Below, in pieces: positions 63,638 through 64,000 of a DNA stretch of 64,000 nt (positions within the stretch are counted from its first letter, which is position 1; each line of letters starts with the position of its first letter). Source of the stretch: Acanthaster planci. Its lineage: Eukaryota. Both the position numbers and the translations under genes were made by a program. The notes under the pieces were generated by a model that was given only the letters and a program-made list of their open reading frames with translations, was not told the origin of the DNA and searched no databases. The stretch covers positions 3,892,148 through 3,956,147 of the forward strand of contig NW_019091361.1 in NCBI RefSeq assembly GCF_001949145.1, given 5' to 3'.

Positions 63638-64000
63638 CTGTGTCGATAAATGCCAAAAAACAGTAATATTTTTCACTTTTAAAGAAGTTAGATTGTTTTA
63701 CACATCTTAAAACCTTTGAAAAAGAAACAGGCACATTTCATAAACAGATACCATGTGTCTGAATTGATAATTGTTACAAATGCACAGAATTGTTGGTACA
63801 TTTCTTTAATAAAAGTGCAAGCCTTGCGCTCATTAACAACCAAACGTAGATCAAAGGCCCAGTTCAAAAGCAAGGTGTTGGAGCTGAAACTCTTTACTCC
63901 ACAGACCCGTAAACCGAGTAGACCCTGTCAGTTATTCGATAACGTTCGCAAGTAGTGGAGAATGTTGACAGGTGCTTTGGCAAATTTGGCTCCTTGCATT

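Overview
Eukaryotic, intron-rich genomic DNA from a draft assembly with N gaps. It is probably an invertebrate deuterostome such as an echinoderm; this is inferred only from gene content, repeat style and pervasive TACATGTA motifs. Three spliced protein-coding genes lie on the minus strand, reconstructed by hand from GT-AG sites and exon phases. (1) A complete, divergent, apparently secreted semaphorin: CDS 20949->507, 17 coding exons, ~720 aa, with signal peptide, Sema, PSI, an unusual Cys-rich domain and a short Cys-containing tail, and no transmembrane segment. (2) Mitochondrial ribosomal protein S27 (PPR protein): CDS 39719->29684, 9 exons, ~424 aa. (3) The 3' six exons of an SLC24/NCKX Na+/Ca2+-K+ exchanger (63637->46888), whose 5' end lies outside the window. 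Introns and intergenic DNA carry many non-autonomous DNA transposons (MITEs, a modular foldback element, a 3.2-kb Academ-like element), SINE/LINE remnants, and N-adjacent duplications that are probably haplotype artefacts. The most notable oddities are: a 63-bp tandem array that multiplies the MRPS27 exon-3 splice donor; a decayed copy of a semaphorin exon; the unusual semaphorin architecture; and three different transposons stacked within ~60 bp of ancestral sequence, whose empty site survives in a neighbouring duplicate. No prokaryotic-type system (CRISPR etc.) is supported.
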